A stretch of DNA of 64,000 bases from an uncultured Actinomycetes bacterium (GTDB taxonomy: Bacteria > Actinomycetota > UBA4738 > HRBIN12). Numbering within the stretch: the first letter of the stretch is position 1; each line of letters begins with the position of its first letter. The stretch covers positions 22,172 to 86,171 of the forward strand of contig CAVUTN010000008.1 in NCBI GenBank assembly GCA_963744515.1. Reading direction: 5' to 3'. This document shows, one piece after another, positions 33,719 to 44,752 of this stretch. The position numbers were made by a program, and so were the translations under genes. Under the pieces are notes generated by a model. That model did not search any database. It was not told the DNA's origin and saw nothing but the letters and a program-made list of their open reading frames with translations.

Positions 33719-35062
33719 ATGCCCAGGACCCTGCTCCGTGCGTCGGCGCTCGTCTTCCTGTTCGCGCTGATCGGAAGCTCCTGCAGCGACGACGCGCCCG
33801 CATGGACGCCGTTGCCGCCGCTCGACTACGGGGAGGCGCCGGTGCGCGTGGACGCGGACGCGTTCGAGACGGCGACGCCGATCAAGCGCGTGGTGTTCGT
33901 GATCAAGGAGAACCGCACGTTCGACAACATGTTCGGGCTGTTCCCGGGTGCGGACGGCGTCACGGTCGGGATGGACCAGGGGGAGCCCCGGACCCTGACG
34001 CCGGCGGTCGACCGGCTCGAGATGGACATCCGGCACTGCTACGACTGCGCGCTGCAGGCGTGGAACGAGGGAAAGATGGACGGGTTCGCCACGATCAGCG
34101 AGACGGCGGACGAGTTCGCGTACACGCAGTACCAGCCCGGAGACCTCCCGAACTACTGGACCTGGGCCTCGTCGTACGTGCTCGGGGACAACTTCTTCGC
34201 GAGCGCGCAGGGGCCGTCGTTCCCCAACCACCTGTACACGATCGCCGCGCAGTCGGGCGGGACGCACGAGAACGTGTACCAGGACATCGACAAGCTCAGG
34301 GAGCGGCACCGGTCGACCGGTCTGTTCAAGGCGTGGGGCTGCGACTCGATGGAGGAAGGCTACGCGGTCGTCGTCGACAGCGAAGGCATCGAGAAGAAGG
34401 TCCCCCCCTGCTTCGACTTCCTCACCGAGGGAGACCTGCTGAGCCAGGCGAAGATCCCGTGGGCCTACTACGCGGCGACCCAGTACCAGAACGGCTACCT
34501 GTGGTCGGCCTACGACGCGATCCGCCACGTCCGGGAGAACGAGGCGTACTGGCAGACGCACATCTTCCCGGTCGACGCGTTCGCCGAGCAAGCGCGTGCG
34601 GGTCTGCTGCCGCCGGTCACGTGGGTGACCCCGCGCTTCGAGCTCTCCGAGCATCCCGAGTACAGCATGTGTCACGGCGAGAACTGGACCACCGAGATCG
34701 TGAACGCGATCATGCAGAGCCCCGAGTGGGACTCGACCGCGATCTTCATCACGTGGGACGACTACGGCGGGTTCTACGACCACGTGCCTCCGCCGCAGGT
34801 CGACGACTTCGGGTTCGGGATCCGGGTGCCGCTGCTCGTGATCAGCCCCTACGCGAAGCAGGGGTTCGTGACGCATGAGCTCGGCGAGTTCTCCAGCGTG
34901 CTGCGGTTCGTCGAGGACAACTGGGGGCTCACCCAGCTCACGCACCGGGACCGCGAGGCGACGCCGCTGCTGTCCGCCTTCGACTTCGGCCAGGAGCCGC
35001 GACCCCCGGACCCGCTCCCGCTCCGCACGGACTGCGTCGGCCCGGAGTTCCCCGACGACTAG
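33719..35062 (+). CDS. Phosphoesterase (phospholipase C/acid phosphatase family) lipoprotein
   Basis: Lipobox GSSC; [49 protein letters not shown]. Confidence 0.92.
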   Translation: MPRTLLRASALVFLFALIGSSCSDDAPAWTPLPPLDYGEAPVRVDADAFETATPIKRVVFVIKENRTFDNMFGLFPGADGVTVGMDQGEPRTLTPAVDRLEMDIRHCYDCALQAWNEGKMDGFATISETADEFAYTQYQPGDLPNYWTWASSYVLGDNFFASAQGPSFPNHLYTIAAQSGGTHENVYQDIDKLRERHRSTGLFKAWGCDSMEEGYAVVVDSEGIEKKVPPCFDFLTEGDLLSQAKIPWAYYAATQYQNGYLWSAYDAIRHVRENEAYWQTHIFPVDAFAEQARAGLLPPVTWVTPRFELSEHPEYSMCHGENWTTEIVNAIMQSPEWDSTAIFITWDDYGGFYDHVPPPQVDDFGFGIRVPLLVISPYAKQGFVTHELGEFSSVLRFVEDNWGLTQLTHRDREATPLLSAFDFGQEPRPPDPLPLRTDCVGPEFPDD

Positions 35063-36679
35063 TCGCCCGGCTTGCCGATCGTCCGCAGGAACGGCCAGGT
35101 CGACGCGAACTGCGACGCCGACGTGCCGTACGGGCAGTCGTCCCGCAGCGGCAAGATCAGCTTGTCGAAGTTCGGGTGTTCGAAGTCGAACGCCCCCGAG
35201 AGCGGGTCGGCCTCGGCGTCCCGGTCGGTCATCGGGTCGAGCCCGAACAGCTGCTCGATGAACGCCAGCACCGAGGAGAACTCGTAGGTCGTGCTGTCCA
35301 CCGCGCCGCCGTCGGGGTTCGAGCCCTGCCGCGTGTACGGGCTGATGATCAGGGCCGGCGTCCGCGGCCCCAGACCCATGACGTCGTACTGCGGCGGCGC
35401 GACCGGGTCGTAGAACCCGCCGAAGTCGTCCCAGACCACGACGATCGCCGTCGAACGCCAGTACTCGCTCCGCATGATCGTGTTGACCTGCTGGACGGTC
35501 CAGTTCTCGCCGGCGCACGTGCTCTTCCCCGCGCCCGGGTGCTCGTTGTAGGACTCGGGCGGGATGATCCACGAGACCGCGGGCATCTCGTCCTGTTTGA
35601 CGTCCTTGACGAAGTTCGCGGGCTCCTGAACCTTGTCCCACATCGGCCCGTACCGAACGTGCTTGATCATCTGCATCACGTTCATCCAGGCGTTCTCGCT
35701 CGCGTAGTACTTCCACGAGATGCCGTCCTGTTCGAGCTGGTCGGGGAGCACCGGGATGTCGAAGCACAGACGGATGCTCCCCCAGAAGTCCGCGATGTCG
35801 TACACGTTGGACCCGTTGGCCGTGATCTCGCGTTCGAGCCGCATGATCTGCGTCCTCGTGCTGGCGAACGTCGCGGGGGACGAACCGTGTCGCGTCCTCG
35901 GTGGGGTCGTCGCAGTAGTTGCCCTCGTGATCGGTGGTCGACTTGTTGTCGACGATGAAGTTCGCCTGGGCTGCCACCGCGTACAGGTGTTCGGGGAGCG
36001 TGGGGCCGTACATCGGCGTGAAGAAGTGATCGGCCAGCACGAACCGGTCGGCGTACGCCCAGTAGTTCGGCACGCCGTCGCGGTCCAGGTACGAGTAGCT
36101 CGACAGGTCGGCCCCGTACAGGTCCGCGTTCGTCGACTGCGGGATCGGGCCGTTCATCCGGTTGAACCCGTTCATCTTGCCGTCGTTGATCGCCGTCAGG
36201 CCGCACCGGAAGCAGTGGGTCAGGTCGTGGGGATAGATGTCGGGGCCCTTGGTGAGCTGGATGACCGGACCGTCGTGGCATCCGTCCTCCGTGCACTTGA
36301 TCGTGCCGCCCTCCGTGGCGCCCTCGGCGCCGGGGTAGGTCGCGAAGTAGTTGTTGAACGTCCGGTTCTCCTTGACGATGAACACGACGTGCTCGATCGG
36401 CGTCTCGCCGGGGACGATCGTCCCGCCCCCGTTGCCCGAGGACCCGCTGGCACCCGTCCCGCCGTTCGAACCGGTCGTGGGCGAGGTCCCGCCGGAGGGT
36501 CCGGTCGAGGCCCGGTCCTCATCGCCTCGGGTCGAGGCCCATCCGAGCGCCGCGATCGCGATCACGAGCACGCCGAGGAAGACCGCGAAGCCCCGGCGCC
36601 GTGCGGCCCGCCGCTTGTCGAACCGCAGCCGCCTGCGCGGGATCGGGACGCGCGAACCAGGTCCGGAGGGGGCGCTCAT
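35059..36679 (-). CDS. Second phosphoesterase-family protein with N-terminal membrane anchor (frameshifts near 35840-35900)
   Basis: [46 protein letters not shown]. Confidence 0.9.
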
Positions 36680-36690
36680 GGCCGCCTAGC

Positions 36691-38214
36691 CTATCGAGGA
36701 GGCCCCGTGAAACATCGCGCTTCCTCCGCGACACCAGCGCCTCCACCAGTACGAGCCCGCCGAGCACGGCCAGCCCGATCGGGACGCTCGTGCCGGACCG
36801 GTCCCCGAACCCCGGCGGCACCGGCGAGCACAGCTCGCGCAGACGCGCCCGCTGCTGCTCGAGCACCGGCTGCGACGCGGGAACCCCGGCCAGGTTGTCG
36901 AGCTCGTACGGGTCGGCGGCGAGGTCGTAGAGCTCCTCCTCGCCCGTCGAGTACCGCACGTACGTCCAGCGCTCCGAACGGACGGCGCAGAACGTGGGGA
37001 TCGGGTTCGTGCCCTCCATGTGCTCGATCAGGAAGTCCGAGCGCCACGAACCACGATCGCCCCCGAGCACCGTGAGGAGGCTCCGCCCGTCGGTCGGGGG
37101 ATGCGGGACGCCGGCCGCGTCGGCGATCGTGGGCGCGAGATCGATGTTCAGGGCGAGCACGCCGGGAAGGCTCGACCCCGGCGTCCACCCGGCCGCGTCC
37201 CAGCGCAGCACGAGCGGGACGCGGATCGACTCCTCGTACGGCGCCTCCTTCTTGGTCCACCGGTGCTCTCCGTGCTGGATCCCGTTGTCCGAGGTGAACA
37301 CGATCAGCGTGTTCTCCAGCCGGCCGGCGGCTTCGAGCGCGTCCAGCACCCGGCCGAGCGCCCGGTCCACGCCCAGGAGCGACCGGTACTGGTCGGTCCG
37401 GAACGCGTCGATCGCCGCCTCCTGCGAGGCCGTGAACCGTGGCAGGTCGCGGACCCACGCCGGCTTGTCCGAGACGTCGGCCTCGTCGAACGAGGGCGGA
37501 CGGGCCGGCGGCAGGTCGGCGAACGCGTCCTCGTCGCCCGGGGACGGGATCGCGGGTTCGTGCGGCGCCGACGTCGCGAGCTCGAGGAACAGCGGCCCGG
37601 TCGTGTCCCGGACGAACGCGACCGCCTCGTCCGCGAGCACCTCGGTCGCGTGATCCGCCGGCCCGCGCCCGAACGCGTGGAGGGACCCGTCGATCGTGAG
37701 GGTGTAGTCCACGGGCGCCGAATGCACGAACGCCACCCACCGGTCCCAGCCCGGCGGGACGTAGCCGGTCACCGCCGCGTGCTGGTACCCGTCGATGTAC
37801 TTGCCGAACAGCCCGGTCCGGTAGCCCGCGTCGTGCAGCCACGTCGCGAGCGTCGAGCCGTCGTGGAACCACTCGAACCGGCCGAACGGCGGGATCTGCC
37901 GGTAGACGAGGTGGGTGTGGGAGTAGTTGCCGGTCAGGATGCTCGCGCGGCTGGGACAGCAGAGCGGGTTCACGACGAACGCATCGGGGAACGTCACGCC
38001 CCGGCCGGCGAGACGCTCCGACAGGGTCGGCATCGCCCACAGGGTGTCCCAGCGCTGGTCGTCGGTCACGATCAGGACGATGTCGGGCGGCGTCCCGGTC
38101 TCGGACGCGGCCGAGGCCCGCACGCTCGGCGGCGGAGGCCGGGACGCCGGCCGCGGCCGAGGCCGGGGCCACGAGCAGGATCGCCCCGAGGGCGACCGCG
38201 GCGACGTGCCTCAC
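36691..38214 (-). CDS. Sulfatase (Cys-type) with signal peptide and C-terminal hydrophobic anchor (frameshifts at both ends)
   Basis: IVTDDQR, LCCPSRASILTG, GKY, FTSDNG, K...YEESIRVP, ELYDLAADPYELDNL. Confidence 0.9.
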   Translation of the reverse strand: MRHVAAVALGAILLVAPASAAAGVPASAAERAGLGRVRDRDAARHRPDRDRRPALGHPVGDADPVGASRRPGRDVPRCVRREPALLSQPREHPDRQLLPHPPRLPADPAVRPVRVVPRRLDARDVAARRGLPDRAVRQVHRRVPARGGDRLRPAGLGPVGGVRAFGARGLHPHDRRVPPRVRARAGGSRDRGARGRGGRVRPGHDRAAVPRARDVGAARTRDPVPGRRGRVRRPAAGPSALVRRGRRLGQAGVGPRPATVHGLAGGGDRRVPDRPVPVAPGRGPGARPGAGRARSRRPAGEHADRVHLGQRDPARRAPVDQEGGAVRGVDPRPARAALGRGRVDAGVEPSRRARPEHRSRAHDRRRGRRPASPDRRAEPPHGARGRSWFVALGLPDRAHGGHEPDPHVLRRPFGALDVRAVLDGRGGALRPRRRPVRARQPGRGSRVAAGARAAAGASARAVLAGAAGVRGPVRHERPDRAGRARRARTGGGAGVAEEARCFTGPPR

Positions 38215-39635
38215 GCGCTCCGGTACGCCTCGAGCGTCGCGGCGAGCCGCGAGACCTCGGCCCGGAACGCGGGCACGTCGACCACGTTCACGAGCTCGTA
38301 GGGATCGTCCCGGAGCGCGTAGAGCTCGCGTTCGCCGGTCCCGAGCTCGATGTAGGCGAACCGCCGGGTGCGGACCTCCCACCATGCCGGGATCGCCTTG
38401 TCGCCCACCCACTCGGCGAACACCTCGCCCGGCAGCCCGGCCTTGCTGCCGGTCGAGAGCAGCGGGACGAGGCTGACGCCGTCGACGTCCGTCGAGGGCG
38501 ACGCACCCGCGAGCTCGGCGATCGTCGGGGCGAGGTCGGCCGCGGAGACGATGGCTCGTTCGGTGCGGTGCGGGGCATCCGGCATCCGGATCATGAAGGG
38601 GACGCCCAGGCAGGCCTGGTACGGACAGCTCTTCTTGGTCCACCGGTGCTCGCCGAACGCGAGGCCGTTGTCGGAGGTGAAGACCACGACCGTCTCCCCG
38701 AGCTCACCGCGGGCGCGGACCGCGTCCATGATCCCCCGGATCGCGTCATCGACCGCCAGCAGCGCGGCGTACGACTGCCGGCGGTGCCGGCGCTGCACCG
38801 ACCGCTGCGCGTCGTCCATCGGGGCGAGTGCACGGACCCATGCCGGCTTGTCGGAGACGTCGGCCTCCCCCACGGACGGCGGCGTGGGCACCGCGAGCTC
38901 CGCGAACGCTCCCTCGTCCCTCGGCGCCGCGACCCACGGCGGGTGCGGCGCCGTCGGCGCGAACCACAGGAAGTACGGCTGGTCCGCGGGCGCCTCGCGG
39001 ACGAACTCGGTGGCCTGGTCCGCCACGACGTCGGTCGCGTAGTCGGCGTCGGTGTGCCCGTACCGGACGACGTGGTCCTGCTCGAACATCGAGTAGTCGT
39101 AGTACAGGCTCGTCACCGGGCCGTGCTCGCGCCCCCACCACCGGTCCCAGCCCTGCGGGACGTACGCCGGCTGTTCGAACGGATACAGGTTGAGGTACTT
39201 GCCGACCAGACCCGTGTGGTAGCCCGCGTCGTGCAGCCAGGTCGCGAGCGTCGAGGTCTCGTCGAACAGCTGCGCGTCCTCGTTGTCCCGAACGCCCGTG
39301 TGGTGCGAGAACCGTCCGGTGAGCATCGTCGCCCGCGAGGGGCAGCACAGCGGGGTGTTCACGTACCCGTTCTCGAACACGATCCAGTGGTCGTTCGGAT
39401 CGACCGCCCGGCGTTGCAGGTACGGCATCACCTCGTACGGATTCGGGATCGAGTCGTCCGACTGGTCGTCCGTCACGATCACGATCACGTTCGGGCGCGG
39501 ATCCTCCTGACCGCGGACCGCGGGGAGCGCCACCACGCTCCAGGCGAGCGCCAGCACGGCGAGGACGACCGCCACGCCGGGCCGGACGCCGGGACGGCCT
39601 CGTCCCCGGCGCGGCGCGACGTCCCGGGCGGTCAT
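38211..39635 (-). CDS. Sulfatase (Cys-type), exported
   Basis: PNVIVIVTDDQ, LCCPSRATMLTG, GKYLN, FTSDNG, ELYALRDDPYELVNV; hydrophobic N-terminus. Confidence 0.92.
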   Translation of the reverse strand: MTARDVAPRRGRGRPGVRPGVAVVLAVLALAWSVVALPAVRGQEDPRPNVIVIVTDDQSDDSIPNPYEVMPYLQRRAVDPNDHWIVFENGYVNTPLCCPSRATMLTGRFSHHTGVRDNEDAQLFDETSTLATWLHDAGYHTGLVGKYLNLYPFEQPAYVPQGWDRWWGREHGPVTSLYYDYSMFEQDHVVRYGHTDADYATDVVADQATEFVREAPADQPYFLWFAPTAPHPPWVAAPRDEGAFAELAVPTPPSVGEADVSDKPAWVRALAPMDDAQRSVQRRHRRQSYAALLAVDDAIRGIMDAVRARGELGETVVVFTSDNGLAFGEHRWTKKSCPYQACLGVPFMIRMPDAPHRTERAIVSAADLAPTIAELAGASPSTDVDGVSLVPLLSTGSKAGLPGEVFAEWVGDKAIPAWWEVRTRRFAYIELGTGERELYALRDDPYELVNVVDVPAFRAEVSRLAATLEAYRSA

Positions 39636-40447
39636 CCGAGCTTCCGCAGCTTCCAGATGTTCTCGCCGGGCCACCGGCGGGCCCACCCGAGGGGCGCGAA
39701 ATCCGGATAGGTGGTGCGGGGACGGGCCGGCGGCCGGAGCTCGACCAGGTCGAGCACCTCGAACCCGTTCGAGCGGAACAGCCGGATCCACTCGCCGTAC
39801 GGCAGCTGGAACTCGACCGTCTCCCACGTCTCGCGGCGCAGGCCGAAGTAGCTGCGGACCAGCTCGGGTCCGGGCGGTTCCTCGCCGTCGCCCCAGCACA
39901 GCCAGATCAACGGGCTCGCGATGTTGAACGCGAACACCCCGCCCGGACGCAGGAGCCGTGCGACCTCGGGCACCGTGAGGTACGGATCGGCGAACGTCAT
40001 CGCCCCGTGGTCGCAGAACACGACGTCGAAGCTCGCGTCGGGGAACGGCGTGCGTTCGGCGTTGGCGTTCACGAACGGCACCCGCTCCGAGGCCTCGCCG
40101 GCCAGCCGCCGGGCGTGGGCGAGCTGACGGATCGACAGATCCAGCCCCACCGCGCGGGCCCCACGACGCACGAGCGCGATCGACCACTGGCCGCCGCCGC
40201 ACCCGAACTCGAGCACGTCCCTGCCGGCGACGTCGCCGAGGATGTCGAGCTCGGACTCCGGGATCCCCCAGGTCCCCCACGCCGGGCGGTCGAACCGGTT
40301 GAGCTGCGACCCGTGCTCGCGCTGGTAGTCGTCCGCCTCGCGGTTCCAGTTCGCGCGGTTGCGGCGGATGTACGCCGGCTGGACGGGCGCGCTCCGGCCC
40401 GCGGCGCTCGCCGGTCGATCCGGCGCGCTCCGACGGGTGGCGCTCAC
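39632..40447 (-). CDS. Class I SAM-dependent methyltransferase
   Basis: VLEFGCGGG, GLDLS, FPDASFDVVF, VARLLRPGG. Confidence 0.88.
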   Translation of the reverse strand: MSATRRSAPDRPASAAGRSAPVQPAYIRRNRANWNREADDYQREHGSQLNRFDRPAWGTWGIPESELDILGDVAGRDVLEFGCGGGQWSIALVRRGARAVGLDLSIRQLAHARRLAGEASERVPFVNANAERTPFPDASFDVVFCDHGAMTFADPYLTVPEVARLLRPGGVFAFNIASPLIWLCWGDGEEPPGPELVRSYFGLRRETWETVEFQLPYGEWIRLFRSNGFEVLDLVELRPPARPRTTYPDFAPLGWARRWPGENIWKLRKLG

Positions 40448-41690
40448 CGGTCGAGCCACCCGGCCGCGCGATCGTGTTCGTCGGCCACCAGGCCCGCGGC
40501 GATCGACAGCGCGATCTCGGCGGGGCTGCGTCCGCCGAGGTCCAGACCGAGCGGGGAGCGGATCCGCGCGAGGTCCTCGTCGCCGAACCCCTTCGAACGG
40601 AGCTCCTCGACGTACGGCCCGACGTGGCGCCGGCTCCCCATCACGCCGACGAACCGCGCCGGCGAACGGAGCGCGACGGCGAGCGCGTCGGCGATCCCCG
40701 GTGCGTCGTGGTCGGTGAAGACCAGGCGGGTCTCGTGGTCGATCTCGACCTCGCCGAGCTCGCGCGCGACGCGCATCGAGCGCGCGTCGGCGTCGGTGAC
40801 GCGTTCCGAACGCGTCTCGACCAGGACGGGCGCGAACCCGAGCCCCGGCGCGAGCGTCGCGAGCTCGCGGGCGACGTCGGTCGCCGAGACGACGACGAGC
40901 GTCGGCGCGCGGTGCGACGGCTCCAGGTAGACCTCGACGTCGCCGAGCTCGTGGTGGTACGTGCGGGTCCCCGGTTGCCCCGACGCCAGGATCTCGGCGG
41001 CGTCGCGGACGGCCGCCTCGTCGAACTCGGCGCACCCGAGCGTCCCGTGCACCTCGCCGCCCGGCACGATCCGCATCGAGCTCCCGACCGCGCACGGCGG
41101 CGAGCCGTGCACCTTGACCGCCTTGGCCTGCCACCGAGCCGACCGCGACCGCCCCCTCCCGCGAGCCTCGATCGCCGTCGGCGTGACCCGTCGGGTGCGC
41201 CCCCGTGCGGCCGCCGAGCAGCTCGACCGCGTGGGGCAGCACCGGCAGCAGGGCCCCGAGGCTCTCGCGGACGCCCTTCGGGCTGCCGGGGAGGTTCACG
41301 ATCAGGGTCGCGCCGCGCGAGCCGGCGACCGCCCGCGACAGGGCGGCCATCGGGGTCTGTCGCAGGCCCTCGCTCGCGCATCAGCTCGGCGAGACCGGGA
41401 GCCTCGCGCTCGAGCACGGCGCGGGTGGCCTCGGGGGTCACGTCGCGCGGGCCGAACCCCGTCCCGCCAGTGGTGACCACGAGCGCGAACCCGCCCGAGT
41501 CCGCCAGCTCCCGCAGGGCGGTCTCGATCGCGGGGCGCTCGTCGGGCACGACGGTCCGAGCCTCGACGTCGAACCCCGCCTCGCGCAGCAGGGCCTCGGC
41601 GGCGTCGCCCGAGCCGTCGGCTCGCGTTCCCTGGGAGACGCCGTCGGAGACCGTCACGACGGCGGCGCGGATGCCGCTCACGCGTCCCAT
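40444..41690 (-). CDS. Probable MogA/MoaB-XdhC fusion protein (frameshifts near 41370 and 41130)
   Basis: N-part VTVSD, TTGGTGFGPRDVTPEAT, NLPGSP; C-part GSPPC...GTLGC, FVGVMGSRR, SPLGLDLGGRSPAEIALSI; no stop codon between the domains. Confidence 0.75.
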
Positions 41691-41767
41691 CCTGCCAGAC
41701 GCGCCCGCGCTCGTCCGTACTACGGTGGCTCGAACGACCGCAGATCGATCAGCCCGAAGGGAGCACG

Positions 41768-42040
41768 ATGGACGCGTGGATCGACCGACTCGCGGCGGCG
41801 CTGGGAGAGGGCCCCCTGACCGACGCCGAGACCACCCGGCTCCTCGGCTCGGCCCGGGACGTCGCGCACCGCGTGGAACGCAAGATCACGCCGCTCGCGG
41901 CGTTCCTGCTCGGCTCGGCCACCGGCCGGGGGATGGCCGGGGGCGCCTCGCGAGACGACGCGCTCGCCTCGGCGCTCGAGACCCTCGAGGGGCTCCTGCC
42001 GGACGAGCCGGCCGAGGGCTCGAACCGCTCGGCGGGGTAG
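41768..42040 (+). CDS. DUF6457-like small protein (Moco-gene associated)
   Basis: LLGSARDVAHRVERKITPLAAFLLG; RBS GGGAG; directly upstream of moaA. Confidence 0.75.
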   Translation: MDAWIDRLAAALGEGPLTDAETTRLLGSARDVAHRVERKITPLAAFLLGSATGRGMAGGASRDDALASALETLEGLLPDEPAEGSNRSAG

Positions 42041-42053
42041 GCTGGAGGTTCGC

Positions 42054-43083
<1,030 letters not shown>

Positions 43084-43101
43084 GCCGAAGCCCAGCCGCG
43101 C

Positions 43102-43424
43102 CTAGCCTGCCGCGCCTTGCCGCGGGCGAACCATCCCTTCACCGTGTCGCCCGCGAAGAACCACCCGACCCCGAACGCGATGAAGCCGAACAGCGCGAAC
43201 AGCACGATCGCGAACCCGCGCGTCACCTCGAGGAACCCGACCGTGACGGGCGTCCCGGGCGGGGCCTCGCTGTCGCCGATGTTCGCGATCTCGGTGGCGA
43301 TCCCCCACACGCACACGACGGCGAGGAGCAGGAAGGCGACCCCCAGCACGAACGAGATCCCTTCGACCCAGTCGTGCGCGGCGGTCGCCTCGCTCAGCCG
43401 GCGGCGGAAGGTGCGGTAGGTCAT
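43102..43424 (-). CDS. Two-TM hypothetical membrane protein (end approximate)
   Basis: Hydrophobic segments ISFVLGVAFLLLAVVCVWGI and FAIVLFALFGFIAFGVGWFF; starts 5 nt after the Crp-family stop. Confidence 0.65.
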
Positions 43425-43429
43425 CGCGC

Positions 43430-44136
43430 TCACAGCCCCGCCAGCTTGGCGAGCCCGTTGATCTTCAGCAGGACGAACCGCGGCCGTCGCGCTCGACGAA
43501 GCCGCGGCGCTGGAAGTCGGACAGGATCCGCGTCACGTTCTCTCGGCTGCCCCCGCACAGGCTCGCCAGGTCCGCATGGGTCACGACCGAGGGCACGAGG
43601 AGCGCCGTCCGGCGGGAGCTCGTCGAGCGAGGGTGAGACGAGCTGGAGGAGACGCTTGGCGACCCGGCCCTTCAGATCGAGATAGAGGAGGTCCTCGACG
43701 AAGGCCTCATGTGATTGCACCTGGCGAGCCAGCGCTCGCAGGAGCGCCCTGGAGGCCGACGCCTGCCCGTTGACGAACTCCAGGAACGTCTCCGAGGGCA
43801 CGACCCAGACCGAGGATTCCTCTCGAGACGAGGGCGGACGCGGTTCTCGGCATGTCCCCCAGCACGCCGAGTTCGCCGAAGAACTGTGGGGAGTCCAGGG
43901 TTGCATGGAGCTGTCGTTGCCCGTTCGCAGAGGCCGAGCTGATCTCCACCCGCCCATCTGATCAGGAAGAACACCTCCGGCGAGGGATCTCCCTGATGGA
44001 ACAGGTAGGTGCCGCGCCGGTAGCTCCGGGTGTTTCCCCGCTCCGCCAGTGCGCCGATCACCTCGGGCGGGGTGCCCGCGAACAGGGGCGTGCGCGCCAT
44101 CATCGCCTCGAGCTCGGACGCCACCGCCCTCCCCAT
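43430..44136 (-). CDS. Crp/Fnr family transcriptional regulator (several frameshifts)
   Basis: YLFHQGDPS, FFGELGVLGDMPRTASA cNMP pocket, DLKGRVAKRLL, THADLASLCGGSRENVTRIL HTH. Confidence 0.9.
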
Positions 44137-44182
44137 GGCGCGTAGCCTACCCATGTCACCTCACGGGAGCGACCCGCAGACA

Positions 44183-44216
44183 GAACGAGACCCGGCCCGA
44201 GGGCCGGGTCTCGTTC
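44183..44216 (-). terminator. Perfect 15-bp stem-loop after the Lys-rich peptide gene
   Basis: GAACGAGACCCGGCC-CGAG-GGCCGGGTCTCGTTC. Confidence 0.75.
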
Positions 44217-44221
44217 GAAGG

Positions 44222-44361
44222 TCAGTGGTGACGCCTACTCTGCCCTTCTTCTTGGACTTCTTGAGCCGCTTCAGACTCTTCTTCTCCACGCGGGCTGCCG
44301 TGTCGGTGCTCGACGTCTTCGTCGACGATGCGGCCTTCGGAGTGATCTTCTTGTCCGCCAC
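44222..44361 (-). CDS. Small Lys/Ser/Thr-rich peptide (about 46 aa if one G is restored at ~44243)
   Basis: Strong RBS GGAGGTGA before GTG 44361; MADKKITPKAASSTKTSSTDTAARVEKKSLKRLKKSKKKG; a TGA at 44222 just before the hairpin becomes in frame with a 1-nt homopolymer correction. Confidence 0.65.
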
Positions 44362-44454
44362 CTGATTCACCTCCCCGATCCCCCAGGTCCCATCGGTTCG
44401 GGACATCGGATATTGCATGCCGTGCGCATCATCCTCTCAGGAGGCCGGGGGAAC

Positions 44455-44517
44455 TGTGCTGCGCGTCACGCGTTCTCCCGTGACCCCCGTCACCACATGA
44501 GAGTGACGCACGTCACA
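44455..44517. promoter_or_regulatory. Three tandem Crp-type boxes upstream of the peptide gene
   Basis: TGTGC-N6-TCACG (44455-44470), CGTGA-N6-TCACC (44479-44494), AGTGA-N6-TCACA (44502-44517). Confidence 0.7.
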
Positions 44518-44731
44518 TTTCCTGATCGAGCTCGGGGAGGGCGAGGGGGTCCGGTCGCGGGGAGCAGGCGCCACAGAACAGGGCGTCCTCGACGATGAGG
44601 GCCTGCGTGACGTCACGGGACCGGAAGAGCTCGAGAACGAACGGCAGCGTTTCCACGTGATCGGCGCAGATGCCCCGTCCGCAGAATCGGCAGCTTCCCA
44701 CCGCCGTCTTCCGGCAGTGCCAGCAATCCAT
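44513..44731 (-). CDS. Small Cys-rich zinc-finger protein (B-box-like)
   Basis: MDCWHC...CRFCGRGICADH...FCGAC; RBS AAGGA before ATG. Confidence 0.75.
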   Translation of the reverse strand: MDCWHCRKTAVGSCRFCGRGICADHVETLPFVLELFRSRDVTQALIVEDALFCGACSPRPDPLALPELDQEM

Positions 44732-44752
44732 ACACGGTTCCTTTCGCTCGGC

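Noticed and set aside
33131-36679. 1182-aa ORF apparently fusing a phosphoesterase to the AOC-like barrel
   Set aside because: The middle is antisense to the 33719-35062 gene; the barrel has its own RBS and signal peptide, and the join arises from a frameshift.
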